Shown here piece after piece: positions 42,657 to 52,510 of a DNA stretch of 64,000 nucleotides (position 1 is its first letter; every line of letters starts with the position of its first letter). The stretch is taken from IMG/VR virus record IMGVR_UViG_3300046787_000200, positions 288,013-352,012 of that record; one strand, given 5' to 3'. Under the pieces are notes generated by a model. It was not told where the DNA came from, did no database searches, and saw only the letters and a list, made by a program, of their open reading frames with translations. The position numbers and the translations under genes were made by a program.

Positions 42657-44279
42657 TTATCTCACTGCGTTATCAAATGTTTCATATGCTTTACCACCGG
42701 CACCCGATGATGCAGTTGATGTAGCGACAGCAATCGTTTCTACATTAGGTATCGATTGCGCTACGGTTACTTCTATTTGCGGTGTTCCTGCAGATACTTG
42801 AGTTCCAATCTGTTCTTTAACTAAAGGACTATTTAAATTACCATTAGTACCTAACCCACTGTAGATAGGGTAATATGTTTTACTATTAGTTATTGATTGT
42901 GTAGTGTTATATACCGGAACAGTTAATGATTGATAGCTATTAGGAAATAACTTTTTAGGATTTAACAAATCAGCTAATGAATCCAATCCTGCAGTTTTGC
43001 AATTTAATGAGACTAATACTTCATTTAAACTATCACCTACTATTATACTAAATGCACCGTATAGTTTACGTTCTTGGTCTTTAGTTGGTAAAGTTATATT
43101 TCCTAATATGTTGCCTAACTCATTTGGTTCAATACCAGAAGCTATAATTGCTAAACTAACATTCTTCGTTAGACCATTATTCTGTTGTAATGTCATTAGT
43201 AGATTACTAGGTAATCCAAATGTAGATATCTTATTAAGATTAATTGCTCTACCGGTCTTAATTAAATCTTGTCCAAATATGTTTGTTGCTAAACTTACAC
43301 CTGTTATGTCTGCTGTTATCAAATCATTCATGTTACTATACGTACCATCTAAGAATGTTTTACTATTATCAACAGATAATATTGCATTGTTTGAATATTC
43401 TGCATAACCATAACAACTCATCCATGATTGTAAGAAATCTCTATATCCTGCAGGGTTATTAGTTGATCCTGATCCTAACGTGCTATTATAATTAAATTCC
43501 ATCCATGCTTGTAATGGCATTAGTCTTACATAACCCCATTGTGTTGCAGGATTAGCAGTTGAATCACTTGATGTTACTGGTAAAGGTTGATTGTTTTTAT
43601 ATAGTGAGCCGCCCCAACCTTTTTTATCACCCAAAGTGAATGATCCTACACCGTATGGGCCAATTTTTTGTTCCCAAGTATATACAAATGATTTTGCATT
43701 ACCTAATCCGGGAACTTGATTGTCAATAGTAAAGTATCCAGGTGTTGTCGCACTACCATAGTTAGCAGTTACATATACTCTAAATGATAGTCCACTTACT
43801 GTAGCTATTTCCCAATTACCATTGTAATAGCCAGGAGGAACTAGTGGATCAACACTTGATATTTCAGAACCATTGATTCGTATAAATGTTCCAGGGGTCA
43901 ACACTGGCCCACTAGCATAAGTTACTTCAAAGTATATTGTATCAGTGCCTGATATGACACCTGATGTTATACTAGTGATGTTGATATTTGTGAGTCCACC
44001 GCCAATACTTATCAAGTTATTATATACGGTCTGACTAGGTGTTCCGTCCGGTGGTGTTCCAGGACTCAAATCTATATGTCCTTTATAACCTTCATTAATA
44101 GCATAAGTGATTACACGTAATACAGTATTCTGACATACTTTACCAAACGAATATGATGGGAAGCTAGTGCTTGTTCCCGCATATGAAGTAAAGGTAGGAT
44201 TGATTTGCAATCCTTGTACTATCAATAAGGAGTTAAGACTATTAACTCCTAATGGGCTTTGTTTTCCTGTATCACTCAT
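42657..44279 (-). CDS. Putative virion (baseplate/tail) protein
   Basis: Coupled to the PAAR gene. Confidence 0.55.
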   Translation of the reverse strand: MSDTGKQSPLGVNSLNSLLIVQGLQINPTFTSYAGTSTSFPSYSFGKVCQNTVLRVITYAINEGYKGHIDLSPGTPPDGTPSQTVYNNLISIGGGLTNINITSITSGVISGTDTIYFEVTYASGPVLTPGTFIRINGSEISSVDPLVPPGYYNGNWEIATVSGLSFRVYVTANYGSATTPGYFTIDNQVPGLGNAKSFVYTWEQKIGPYGVGSFTLGDKKGWGGSLYKNNQPLPVTSSDSTANPATQWGYVRLMPLQAWMEFNYNSTLGSGSTNNPAGYRDFLQSWMSCYGYAEYSNNAILSVDNSKTFLDGTYSNMNDLITADITGVSLATNIFGQDLIKTGRAINLNKISTFGLPSNLLMTLQQNNGLTKNVSLAIIASGIEPNELGNILGNITLPTKDQERKLYGAFSIIVGDSLNEVLVSLNCKTAGLDSLADLLNPKKLFPNSYQSLTVPVYNTTQSITNSKTYYPIYSGLGTNGNLNSPLVKEQIGTQVSAGTPQIEVTVAQSIPNVETIAVATSTASSGAGGKAYETFDNAVR

Positions 44280-44548
44280 GGGACAAATACATCCGGGCTA
44301 CCTTGTGCCATATGATGACCGCAACTATTACCAGAGCCTACTCTAGCTACTGCTATACCGTCAGCAAATACAGTAGGACTACCTTCGGTTACAATCGCGG
44401 CTTTATGCGGACCTTTCCAAGGTGCGTGAGGACTAATGCGACTACCTTGTTGACCAACTAGTATTCCATTGGCAAAGACAGTACTAGCGCCTGCAATAAT
44501 GGCGCCCTTCATTTCATTTGTGTCCCCTATCCTACTTATCTGTGGCAT
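44276..44548 (-). CDS. PAAR-repeat tail spike tip (T4 gp5.4-like)
   Basis: SRIGD, GSPTVFADGIAVARVG...CGH....GS.DVF. Confidence 0.9.
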   Translation of the reverse strand: MPQISRIGDTNEMKGAIIAGASTVFANGILVGQQGSRISPHAPWKGPHKAAIVTEGSPTVFADGIAVARVGSGNSCGHHMAQGSPDVFVP

Positions 44549-44549
44549 A

Positions 44550-44855
44550 TTATCCTAATACTATTTTCTTATCTGGTACTTTAATACCAGTTGTTGCTTC
44601 TAAATACTTCATTTTAACACTATCGTCAGTCTCGGCATAAAGAGCAATACTAGTAGTATTTAGTCTAAAAATACCCTTCGGATCTGCAGTAAACACGCTA
44701 GGAATCATTTGCATCCCTTGTTGTGTGGGTGCAATAGAAACTGGTTCTTCTAATTCAATAAAGTTTCCACCTGCTTGCGTTACTTTCGCAATAAGTTCTT
44801 CTCCTGAGTTAAGTTTAAATGTATATACGTGATTTGGTGTGAGTGCTATTTGCAT
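44550..44855 (-). CDS. Phage Sm-like domain protein
   Basis: FKLNSGEELIA...Y..ATTGI..P pattern. Confidence 0.6.
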   Translation of the reverse strand: MQIALTPNHVYTFKLNSGEELIAKVTQAGGNFIELEEPVSIAPTQQGMQMIPSVFTADPKGIFRLNTTSIALYAETDDSVKMKYLEATTGIKVPDKKIVLG

Positions 44856-45085
44856 TACGCTGCCTTTGTTAAAAATTGTTTAAGTTCGTTGAAACCACCG
44901 ATTAATTCACCATCGATAATAATTTGTGGTACTGTTCTTGCTGTTGGAATTGCTTCTAGCAATTCTTCTTTTGTGTAGCCGTCTCCGATTTTCTTTTCTT
45001 CAAACGGTATCTCTCGTTGCCCTAATAATGCCTTTGCTTGGTCACAATAAGGGCAGTGGTACTTACTCCATATAATTGCTTTCAT
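44855..45085 (-). CDS. Glutaredoxin
   Basis: CPYC, TVPQI, IGGF. Confidence 0.95.
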   Translation of the reverse strand: MKAIIWSKYHCPYCDQAKALLGQREIPFEEKKIGDGYTKEELLEAIPTARTVPQIIIDGELIGGFNELKQFLTKAA

Positions 45086-45096
45086 TTTTATTCTCC

Positions 45097-46200
45097 TTAA
45101 ATATTCGGTAGATCATCGTAATTGATACTATCAGTCATAACACCAATAACATAATTAGTTGATTCGTTTTCTTGTAATGCTGTTTGTTTTTTACTTGTGT
45201 CACTATGTTTATTGAACCAAGGAATAGGTGTAGCTTTTGGGAATGGATTATTGTAACGAATGCCAATTGCTTTCAATGCATCATTGGCTGTGTAGTCAAC
45301 GAAGTCTTTTAACACAGTTGCATTCAATCCGATGACAGGTCCCATCTTAAACAAGTAGTCTGCCCATTCTTTTTCTTCACGTATAACATCCATATAAAGT
45401 TGATATACTTCATTTTCACATTCAGATTTAACTTGTGCGAAACGACTATCTTCTTTAACAACTTGATTAATAAGGTAGGCAGTCCAGCCTTTATGGAGAA
45501 GTTCATCTTGGAGAATTAAACTGATAATATTGCCATTACCAATAAAGATTTTGTTCTCAACCATTGCCAACGATGTAGCGAATGATACCATAAAGCGGAA
45601 TGCTTCCAATGCGTAACTGGCGTGTAGTGCCATATAAATTGCTTTGATGTGTGATTTTTCTGACTCTAACTCAAAGCCTAATTCTTTCTTACAGTTCATC
45701 TTATGTAACTCATCATAGTAGCGACCAACACTACTTGCCATGTCTACAATCTCTTTTGTATCATGGATAGTGTTGAATACGTCTTTAGGCACATTATAGA
45801 TGTTACGAATGATATGACTATAGCTACGACTATGAATATTAGTTTCAAAGAAACTCCAATTGTAAATCAATGCCTCTAGTTCAGGTAGTGACACTACTGG
45901 GGTAAACACTTGACTAGGGGCACGACCTTGTAAACTATCTAGTGCAGTTTGGCGTAATAGATTGCTAGTAAAAATATGCTTTACTGCATCGCTTGCTTCT
46001 TTAAAGTCATTGGCATCTTTAGTTAGACTAACTTCTTCTGGAACCCAAAAGAAACCTCGTGCTGTTGTTTCAAAGTCTGCAATCTTTTTATATTTTACTT
46101 CTTCAAATCGTTGAATGGTTACGGGACCTTCCGGGTCCAAAAACATTTTTCTATTCAAATAATCTGTACGTGTGTTTAAATTGTATTGTTGTTTTGACAT
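45097..46200 (-). CDS. nrdB: Ribonucleotide reductase class Ia beta subunit
   Basis: FFWVPEEV, QTALDSLQGR, ETNIHSRSY, LEAFRF, DELLH. Confidence 0.95.
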   Translation of the reverse strand: MSKQQYNLNTRTDYLNRKMFLDPEGPVTIQRFEEVKYKKIADFETTARGFFWVPEEVSLTKDANDFKEASDAVKHIFTSNLLRQTALDSLQGRAPSQVFTPVVSLPELEALIYNWSFFETNIHSRSYSHIIRNIYNVPKDVFNTIHDTKEIVDMASSVGRYYDELHKMNCKKELGFELESEKSHIKAIYMALHASYALEAFRFMVSFATSLAMVENKIFIGNGNIISLILQDELLHKGWTAYLINQVVKEDSRFAQVKSECENEVYQLYMDVIREEKEWADYLFKMGPVIGLNATVLKDFVDYTANDALKAIGIRYNNPFPKATPIPWFNKHSDTSKKQTALQENESTNYVIGVMTDSINYDDLPNI

Positions 46201-46208
46201 TGTTTTCC

Positions 46209-48524
46209 TTAAAGCTTACAAGCTTCACAATCTTCTTCTATATCATTAAAGCCGCTCGGCAAATCTAATACAGTTTCATCTTGGCTCTTACTACCTGCTT
46301 TATTAATTAAGCTATAGTAGAATGTTTTTAATCCCCAGTAATGGCTTTGCATCAAGTTCTTAGCAATCAATGTTGTTGGAACTTTGCGCTCAGGGAAATG
46401 TGCAGGGTTGTAGAATGTGTTAGTACTGATACTTTGGTCAACATAAGCCGCAATAACTGCGGCAGTCTTTAAGTAACCATCACAATCTTTTTGTTCCCAC
46501 ATCAATTGATATTTGTTTTTCAATTTATGATATTCCGGAACTACTTGTACAAAACTTCCTGCTTTACTTTCTTTAACTGAGATTAGACTCATTGGCATTT
46601 CAATGCCATTAGTACTATTAATTACTACAGAACTAGATTCTACAGGAGCTACTGCCATTTGTGTAGCATTACGGACACCATACTCTTTCATTTGTGTACG
46701 TAGTGATTCCCAATCTAATTCAGGTGTAAAATCAGTTAGTTCGTTAACGCCTTTAGCACGTAATTCCCAAGGAAATGTGCCTTGTCCATAACGTGTCTTA
46801 TCACTGCCTTCACACTTGCCACGTTCTTTGGCTAACTCTACTGAAGCTTCAGTTAGATAGAATGCCAAATGTTCCATCCAAGATTTAACTTCTTGTAGTG
46901 CATCTTTCTCTCCGTATTTCAATGAGCGTTTAGCATGCCAGTATGCAAGATTAGTTACACCAATGCCCAATGGACGAATCTCATCATTACTTAACTTAGA
47001 CTGTATGGATAGAAAATCCTGATAATCCAATATGTTATTAAGGCTGCGATGCAAAATGCGACAAGCCCTACGCATATCTTCTGGGTTGCGGAAGGCTCCC
47101 CAGTTAATTGAACCCAACGTACATAGTGCGATACGACCAGTATCGTCATCCAGACGTTTAAAGGACTTAGTAGGAAGTAGAATTTCACAGCAAAGATTAC
47201 TCTGGTAAATCGTATGATATTCGGGGTCAAACGGACCTTGATTCATCACGTTGTCAACAAATACAAGATAAATACGTCCGGTATCTGTTCTTTCTTTTAA
47301 GATGCCGCCTTTGAATACATCTTCGGCAGCCATTTGTTTTTTTCGCAGGCCAGGTTGTTTCTCATACTTAACGTATAATTCTTCAAACTTTTCGGTGTTT
47401 GAATAGAACGCTTCATATAAGTCTGGTACTTCGTTAGGATCAAAGAATGTAATCTGTTCTTTGTTTTTAAATCTACGCCAGAAGAATGCGCTAAGAACAA
47501 CCCCATAGTCCATGAACCTGACACGGGTTTCGTCTGTGCCTTGGTTGTTCTTAAGGACGATAAGATCATCAAACTGATGATGCCAAATTGGATAAAAAAC
47601 TGTAGCACTAGCATTGCGAATACCTCCTTGACTGCAACTACGTAGGTCACCAAACCATTTCTTTAAGAATGGAATCATACCTGTATGCATAATTTCACCA
47701 CCGCGAATCGGTGATCCTAATGGGCGTAGTCTCCCAATTTCTAAGCCAATGCCAGCACGTTTGCTAGCATATTTTGCCATCATCTCACCACTAGCAAAAA
47801 TACTATCAAGGTCATCATCACTGCGAATAAGTACGCACGAACTGAATTGTTTAGTAGGGGTACCGAGACCAGCAAGGACAGGAGTAGCAAGAGTAAATAA
47901 TCCATCAGAGGCCGCATTATAATATTCCTTTATATAACGCATTCTTGCGTTATTTGGTTCTTCACTATGAAACACTGTAGCTGCCGCAATCATATAACGA
48001 ATCTGCGGAGTTTCATAGATTTCTTTTGTACTGCGATTTTTTACTAGATATTTTTCAATCAATTGTTCAATGGCGGCATAACTATATTGCTCGTCCTTAG
48101 AATGATCTAACATATCATTCATCTTGTTCCAATCTTCTTCAGTATACCATTCTAATAGTTCATTAGTATACAATCCAGTTGCTACATTCTTTTTAACAAT
48201 CTCATAGAGATGTGGTACTTCGTATGATCCATATACATCTTTACGTAGCATACTTACACGCTGTTTACCTGCTACATATTGATAGTTAGTATGACCTACA
48301 TCACTATTGTTTTCTACATCAATCAAGTCAACAATAGCACGTAAGGTGATTTCATCAATTTCTTTGGTAGTAATACCATCATAGAAATGAAGTTGTGATT
48401 TGATTTCAATCATCGAAGGGCTAACGTCTGCGATCCCTTTACATACTTTTGCTACTTGTGCTTGCCATTTTTCGAGTGTGAGTGGCTCTTTTATACCAGA
48501 GCGTTTGGTGACGTTTATCTTCAT
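46209..48524 (-). CDS. nrdA: Ribonucleotide reductase class Ia alpha subunit
   Basis: ATP cone (VTKRSG), QFSSCVL, QSNLCCEI, GLKTFYY, C-terminal CEAC. Confidence 0.97.
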   Translation of the reverse strand: MKINVTKRSGIKEPLTLEKWQAQVAKVCKGIADVSPSMIEIKSQLHFYDGITTKEIDEITLRAIVDLIDVENNSDVGHTNYQYVAGKQRVSMLRKDVYGSYEVPHLYEIVKKNVATGLYTNELLEWYTEEDWNKMNDMLDHSKDEQYSYAAIEQLIEKYLVKNRSTKEIYETPQIRYMIAAATVFHSEEPNNARMRYIKEYYNAASDGLFTLATPVLAGLGTPTKQFSSCVLIRSDDDLDSIFASGEMMAKYASKRAGIGLEIGRLRPLGSPIRGGEIMHTGMIPFLKKWFGDLRSCSQGGIRNASATVFYPIWHHQFDDLIVLKNNQGTDETRVRFMDYGVVLSAFFWRRFKNKEQITFFDPNEVPDLYEAFYSNTEKFEELYVKYEKQPGLRKKQMAAEDVFKGGILKERTDTGRIYLVFVDNVMNQGPFDPEYHTIYQSNLCCEILLPTKSFKRLDDDTGRIALCTLGSINWGAFRNPEDMRRACRILHRSLNNILDYQDFLSIQSKLSNDEIRPLGIGVTNLAYWHAKRSLKYGEKDALQEVKSWMEHLAFYLTEASVELAKERGKCEGSDKTRYGQGTFPWELRAKGVNELTDFTPELDWESLRTQMKEYGVRNATQMAVAPVESSSVVINSTNGIEMPMSLISVKESKAGSFVQVVPEYHKLKNKYQLMWEQKDCDGYLKTAAVIAAYVDQSISTNTFYNPAHFPERKVPTTLIAKNLMQSHYWGLKTFYYSLINKAGSKSQDETVLDLPSGFNDIEEDCEACKL

Positions 48525-48970
48525 ATGTTACCTATTTTTTTAATTATTGTTTCTAAATCTAACTTGTTTACTACTTTAAAATCTTTTAGACTATTACTTA
48601 TTACCGTATTAGGCCAGTAATTCATTATATATTTTGCGTTATCAACCAGGACTAATACTACATCTTCTGCTGTTTCGTTCGTTGCTAACACTAATTCTAT
48701 ATCTTTTACTCCTACTAGCATTAGAGTATAACACATTCCTAATGCTCTTGCAACCTCACAATAATTATTTTCGGACAAAAGTTCCCAAGGATCAGGCCAG
48801 TTTTCCATATCATATGGATGTAAGTGGTGGGTAACTAATGGGGCACGTTGCCACCATTCGTCAATGGTTATACATTGTTGTTCTATGGGTAAATTAATTA
48901 CGTATTGACGTAATTGAAACCAAGCTTGAAGTCTTGCTTCATACGTTGATTGGAAGATATTCATACACAC
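48521..48970 (-). CDS. Conserved hypothetical phage protein (WP.PWELL..N.YC)
   Basis: ORF coupled to nrdA. Confidence 0.65.
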   Translation of the reverse strand: MCMNIFQSTYEARLQAWFQLRQYVINLPIEQQCITIDEWWQRAPLVTHHLHPYDMENWPDPWELLSENNYCEVARALGMCYTLMLVGVKDIELVLATNETAEDVVLVLVDNAKYIMNYWPNTVISNSLKDFKVVNKLDLETIIKKIGNI

Positions 48971-49007
48971 TTACTTATCAATTTTAGTAAGTGTGTATGA
49001 AAATTGA

Positions 49008-51704
49008 TTAAGAATATGTAGCCGCGAAACGTGAGCCGGTACTTAATGTGAAGTTACCTGTTACTGTACCAGCTGTTGTGTTTGCACCAGTAGTCAATGT
49101 TGTTGCTTGTAATGTAGTATATACACCAGTTGCCGCACCAACGTTGCCAATGTTTGCATTGCCGCTTACACTCAAGCCGGTTAATGTACCAACGCTAGTA
49201 ATATTCGGTTGTGCCGCTGTCGTTACTGTACCGGCTGTTCCTGCAGTTGCTACGTTCAAGTTTGCAACTTGTGTAGTTGAAGTAACTGTTAATGGTGCAG
49301 TACCAGTAGCTATGTTAGAAATCAAGCGACTACCAGTTACTGTTCCAGCAGTATTTAAGTTGCCTGCGGCTGCATTACCAGTGACATTCAAGCTTGCTAA
49401 TGTTCCAACTGCTGTCAAGCTAGATGTAACAACTGTAGAACTTAACGTTGTTCCAACAATGTTTGCTGCCTGAACACTAGAAATACCATTAGCGTTACCA
49501 CTGATAACACCTGTGTTAGCTGTCAATGCAACAGCGGTTACTGTACCATTGACACCCAAACTAGTTAGTGTTCCTAAACTTGTTACATTAGGTTGGGCCG
49601 CTGTTGTTAAGCTACCTGCTATTGTAGTAAATACACCTGCTGCCGCACCGATGTTACCGACGTTAGCATTACCAGTAGCACTAATAATACCTGCTGTACC
49701 TATGTTACCGATATTAGCATTACCTGATATCGATAAGCTTGTTAGTGTACCTAAGCTAGTAACGTTAGGTTGACTTGCGGTAGTTAATGATCCGGCTACT
49801 GTAGTAAATACACCTGCGGCTGCTCCGATATTACCTACGTTAGCATTACCAACTGCACTTAATGTACCGGTTGCTTGTAGGTTACCTAGTTTAACAGTCG
49901 GGTATGTTGCATTAGCCCAATCAATAACTGTTGTTGGTTCGGCAACAACACCATCAAAGAATGTCCAGAAATCAGTAGATGCATTACGAGCAATACCGGT
50001 ATGATAGTATGTTCCGTTGTTATAGCTACCTACTATACCTAAATCAACTGTGTCACCTGTATTGTTTGCACCTACATAAATTAACGGGTCACCGACAACT
50101 AAATCAGTTACATTACTATAATTTACATTACCACTAACATTCAAGTTACCAGTAACATCTAAGTTACCTGACAACACAGTCAATGAGCCTGTTGTAACCT
50201 GTAACCCATTACCCGCAGTTACTTTGTTTGTAGTAGATAAGTTATTAGACGATACGTTAGCAGTAAATACACCTGTCGCCGCGCCAATATTACCTACGTT
50301 TGCATTACCAGTAACACTGATAACACCACCTGTTACTAAGTTACCACCTGTGATATTACCAGTTGCTGTTACTACCCCACCGGTCACTAAGTTACCACCT
50401 GTGATATTACCAGTTGCAGTAATTAATCCTGCAGTAGAAACGTTACCTGCAACAGCGTTACCAGATACTGATACTGTTGACAATGTACCTACACTTGTTA
50501 TATTTGGCTGAGTTGCTGTTGTTAAGCTACCTGCAACAGTAGTGAATACACCTGCGGCTGCTCCAATATTACCAACGTTTGCGTTGCCACCTGCACTTAA
50601 TGTACCTGTTGTGGCTAAGTTACCTCCAGTAACAGTACCTGTTGCTGTAACTGTGCCTGAAGTACTTAAATTACCTACAGTTGTTGTTCCACTTGCACTT
50701 AATGTACCTGCCACGTCAATACCAGTAGCAGATACTAGTAATACGTTTGCAGTACCAGCAACACTAGTTGTTACTGCACTATTAGGATATACTTTTACAT
50801 TACTATTACCATTTTGAATACTAGTAGCATCGATACCAGTTAACTGACTACCATTACCAATAAAGAATCCACCAGTAATGTTACCGGTTGCAGATACTAT
50901 ACCAGCAGTAATAATGTTTGAACCTGTAATATTACCAGTAGCGGTTACAACACCACCTGTTACTAAATTACCACCGGTAATATTACCGGTTGCAGTTACA
51001 ACACCACCTGTATTGATATTACCGGCACCGATATTACCTGTTGCAGTTATTAAACCACCTGTACCTAAGTTACCAACATTAGCATCGCCTGTAGAACTGA
51101 ATGATCCAGTGACAGCAATACCGAGTGCAGATACGATTAATACATTCGAAGTTCCGGCAACACTAGTTGTAACTGCGGAGTTTGCATATACTTGAACATT
51201 ACTGTTACCATTCTGAATTGTAGTAGCATCGATACCAGTTAACTGACTACCATTACCAATGAAGAAACCACCTGTAATATTACCAGTTGCACTTAATGTG
51301 CCTGTTATATTTGCGCCAGTACCAGTTACAACTAGTACGTTTGCAACACCGCCTACGCTAGTTGTTACATTACCACTAGCACCAATAATGTCAACATTAC
51401 TTGTACCGTTTGCAATAGAAGAAACATTAATATCGCCTGCATTCAAGTTACCAGTAACTGACAAGTTTACTACTGACATTGTTGATGTTGCTTTATCAAA
51501 AGTCAGATTAGCATTGCCGTTAATTGCGCCTGCATCATTAAAGAATACCTGTGTATTCGAACCCTGTACCGTTGGGAATTGTGTTACATTCCCGTCTGGG
51601 CTTTTAACAGACATGACACTATTGTCATTGACGAATAGTGTGCTTTTGCCCGCCGGTGGGGTTGCTATCGTGTTAGCTGGTTCTTGTTTTAAAATTAAAC
51701 TCAT
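49008..51704 (-). CDS. Gly/Asn/Thr-rich repetitive fibre-like virion protein
   Basis: GNANVGNI/TATGNITGGN and TTAAQPNITSVGTL repeats. Confidence 0.75.
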   Translation of the reverse strand: MSLILKQEPANTIATPPAGKSTLFVNDNSVMSVKSPDGNVTQFPTVQGSNTQVFFNDAGAINGNANLTFDKATSTMSVVNLSVTGNLNAGDINVSSIANGTSNVDIIGASGNVTTSVGGVANVLVVTGTGANITGTLSATGNITGGFFIGNGSQLTGIDATTIQNGNSNVQVYANSAVTTSVAGTSNVLIVSALGIAVTGSFSSTGDANVGNLGTGGLITATGNIGAGNINTGGVVTATGNITGGNLVTGGVVTATGNITGSNIITAGIVSATGNITGGFFIGNGSQLTGIDATSIQNGNSNVKVYPNSAVTTSVAGTANVLLVSATGIDVAGTLSASGTTTVGNLSTSGTVTATGTVTGGNLATTGTLSAGGNANVGNIGAAAGVFTTVAGSLTTATQPNITSVGTLSTVSVSGNAVAGNVSTAGLITATGNITGGNLVTGGVVTATGNITGGNLVTGGVISVTGNANVGNIGAATGVFTANVSSNNLSTTNKVTAGNGLQVTTGSLTVLSGNLDVTGNLNVSGNVNYSNVTDLVVGDPLIYVGANNTGDTVDLGIVGSYNNGTYYHTGIARNASTDFWTFFDGVVAEPTTVIDWANATYPTVKLGNLQATGTLSAVGNANVGNIGAAAGVFTTVAGSLTTASQPNVTSLGTLTSLSISGNANIGNIGTAGIISATGNANVGNIGAAAGVFTTIAGSLTTAAQPNVTSLGTLTSLGVNGTVTAVALTANTGVISGNANGISSVQAANIVGTTLSSTVVTSSLTAVGTLASLNVTGNAAAGNLNTAGTVTGSRLISNIATGTAPLTVTSTTQVANLNVATAGTAGTVTTAAQPNITSVGTLTGLSVSGNANIGNVGAATGVYTTLQATTLTTGANTTAGTVTGNFTLSTGSRFAATYS

Positions 51705-51781
51705 TTTGTTTCCTTGTTAGCGCAGTGGTATTTCACCCTAATGTTACTCTTATTTATCATTTTTTGAATTGTATACATAAG

Positions 51782-52462
51782 TTATCCTACAATCCAGTTC
51801 GTTCCATTTGATACAACAGGTACAGAATTGCTGCCACTGCCACCTACTATAGCCAAAAATGTTGTTGTATTTGCATCCGTTATAAAGGAACGGGCACCTG
51901 CACCAGCTGTACCCGCATTGGGCAGACCGCTGTATGTTGTTGCTGTAGTTTTAACTACTCCTGTAGTCGTTATATTCGGTACTGATAGTATCCCGGTTGA
52001 TGCTACAAATGTGAATGCCGCATTTCCGCCCATTACATTGCCATTATTGTACTGAACATAGTTTATACTACCTGCAGGGATGGTAGCATCATTTACATCT
52101 ACTAAAATACCCTCAACATCTAATGTACCATCAATTGTGATTGGGTAACCAAATAGACCTTGAAAGTTTGCTGAGATTAATAATTCATCACCCACTGCTA
52201 CATAAGTAGGCATTGGTGCAGGAGTTGAGGCTGCTGTTGCAAAAGAAAGATTTCCTGCACCATCAGTAACAATTGATTGACCACTAGTGCCACCTGTTAT
52301 AATAACATTAGCAATAGCACCTAAATTACTTACACCTGTGACTGATAAATCTCCAGTTAAGGATAAATTTGCTCCGGATATATTACCGCTATCAGCATCA
52401 AGTGTGATATTGCCGGTTGTAAGTCCGTTCTTAACTACGAAGTTTTTTGTAAATCCAGTCAC
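51782..52462 (-). CDS. Fibre-associated virion protein
   Basis: Shares the KNFVVKNG N-terminus with 52511 and the NFQGLF module with 55222. Confidence 0.65.
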   Translation of the reverse strand: MTGFTKNFVVKNGLTTGNITLDADSGNISGANLSLTGDLSVTGVSNLGAIANVIITGGTSGQSIVTDGAGNLSFATAASTPAPMPTYVAVGDELLISANFQGLFGYPITIDGTLDVEGILVDVNDATIPAGSINYVQYNNGNVMGGNAAFTFVASTGILSVPNITTTGVVKTTATTYSGLPNAGTAGAGARSFITDANTTTFLAIVGGSGSNSVPVVSNGTNWIVG

Positions 52463-52510
52463 AGTTCCATATTCCCTGTTTAATTAAATTGTAATGAAAA
52501 TTAATTCATA

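Noticed and set aside
45097-48524. Intron or intein in nrdA/nrdB
   Set aside because: Both ORFs are continuous and of normal class Ia length.
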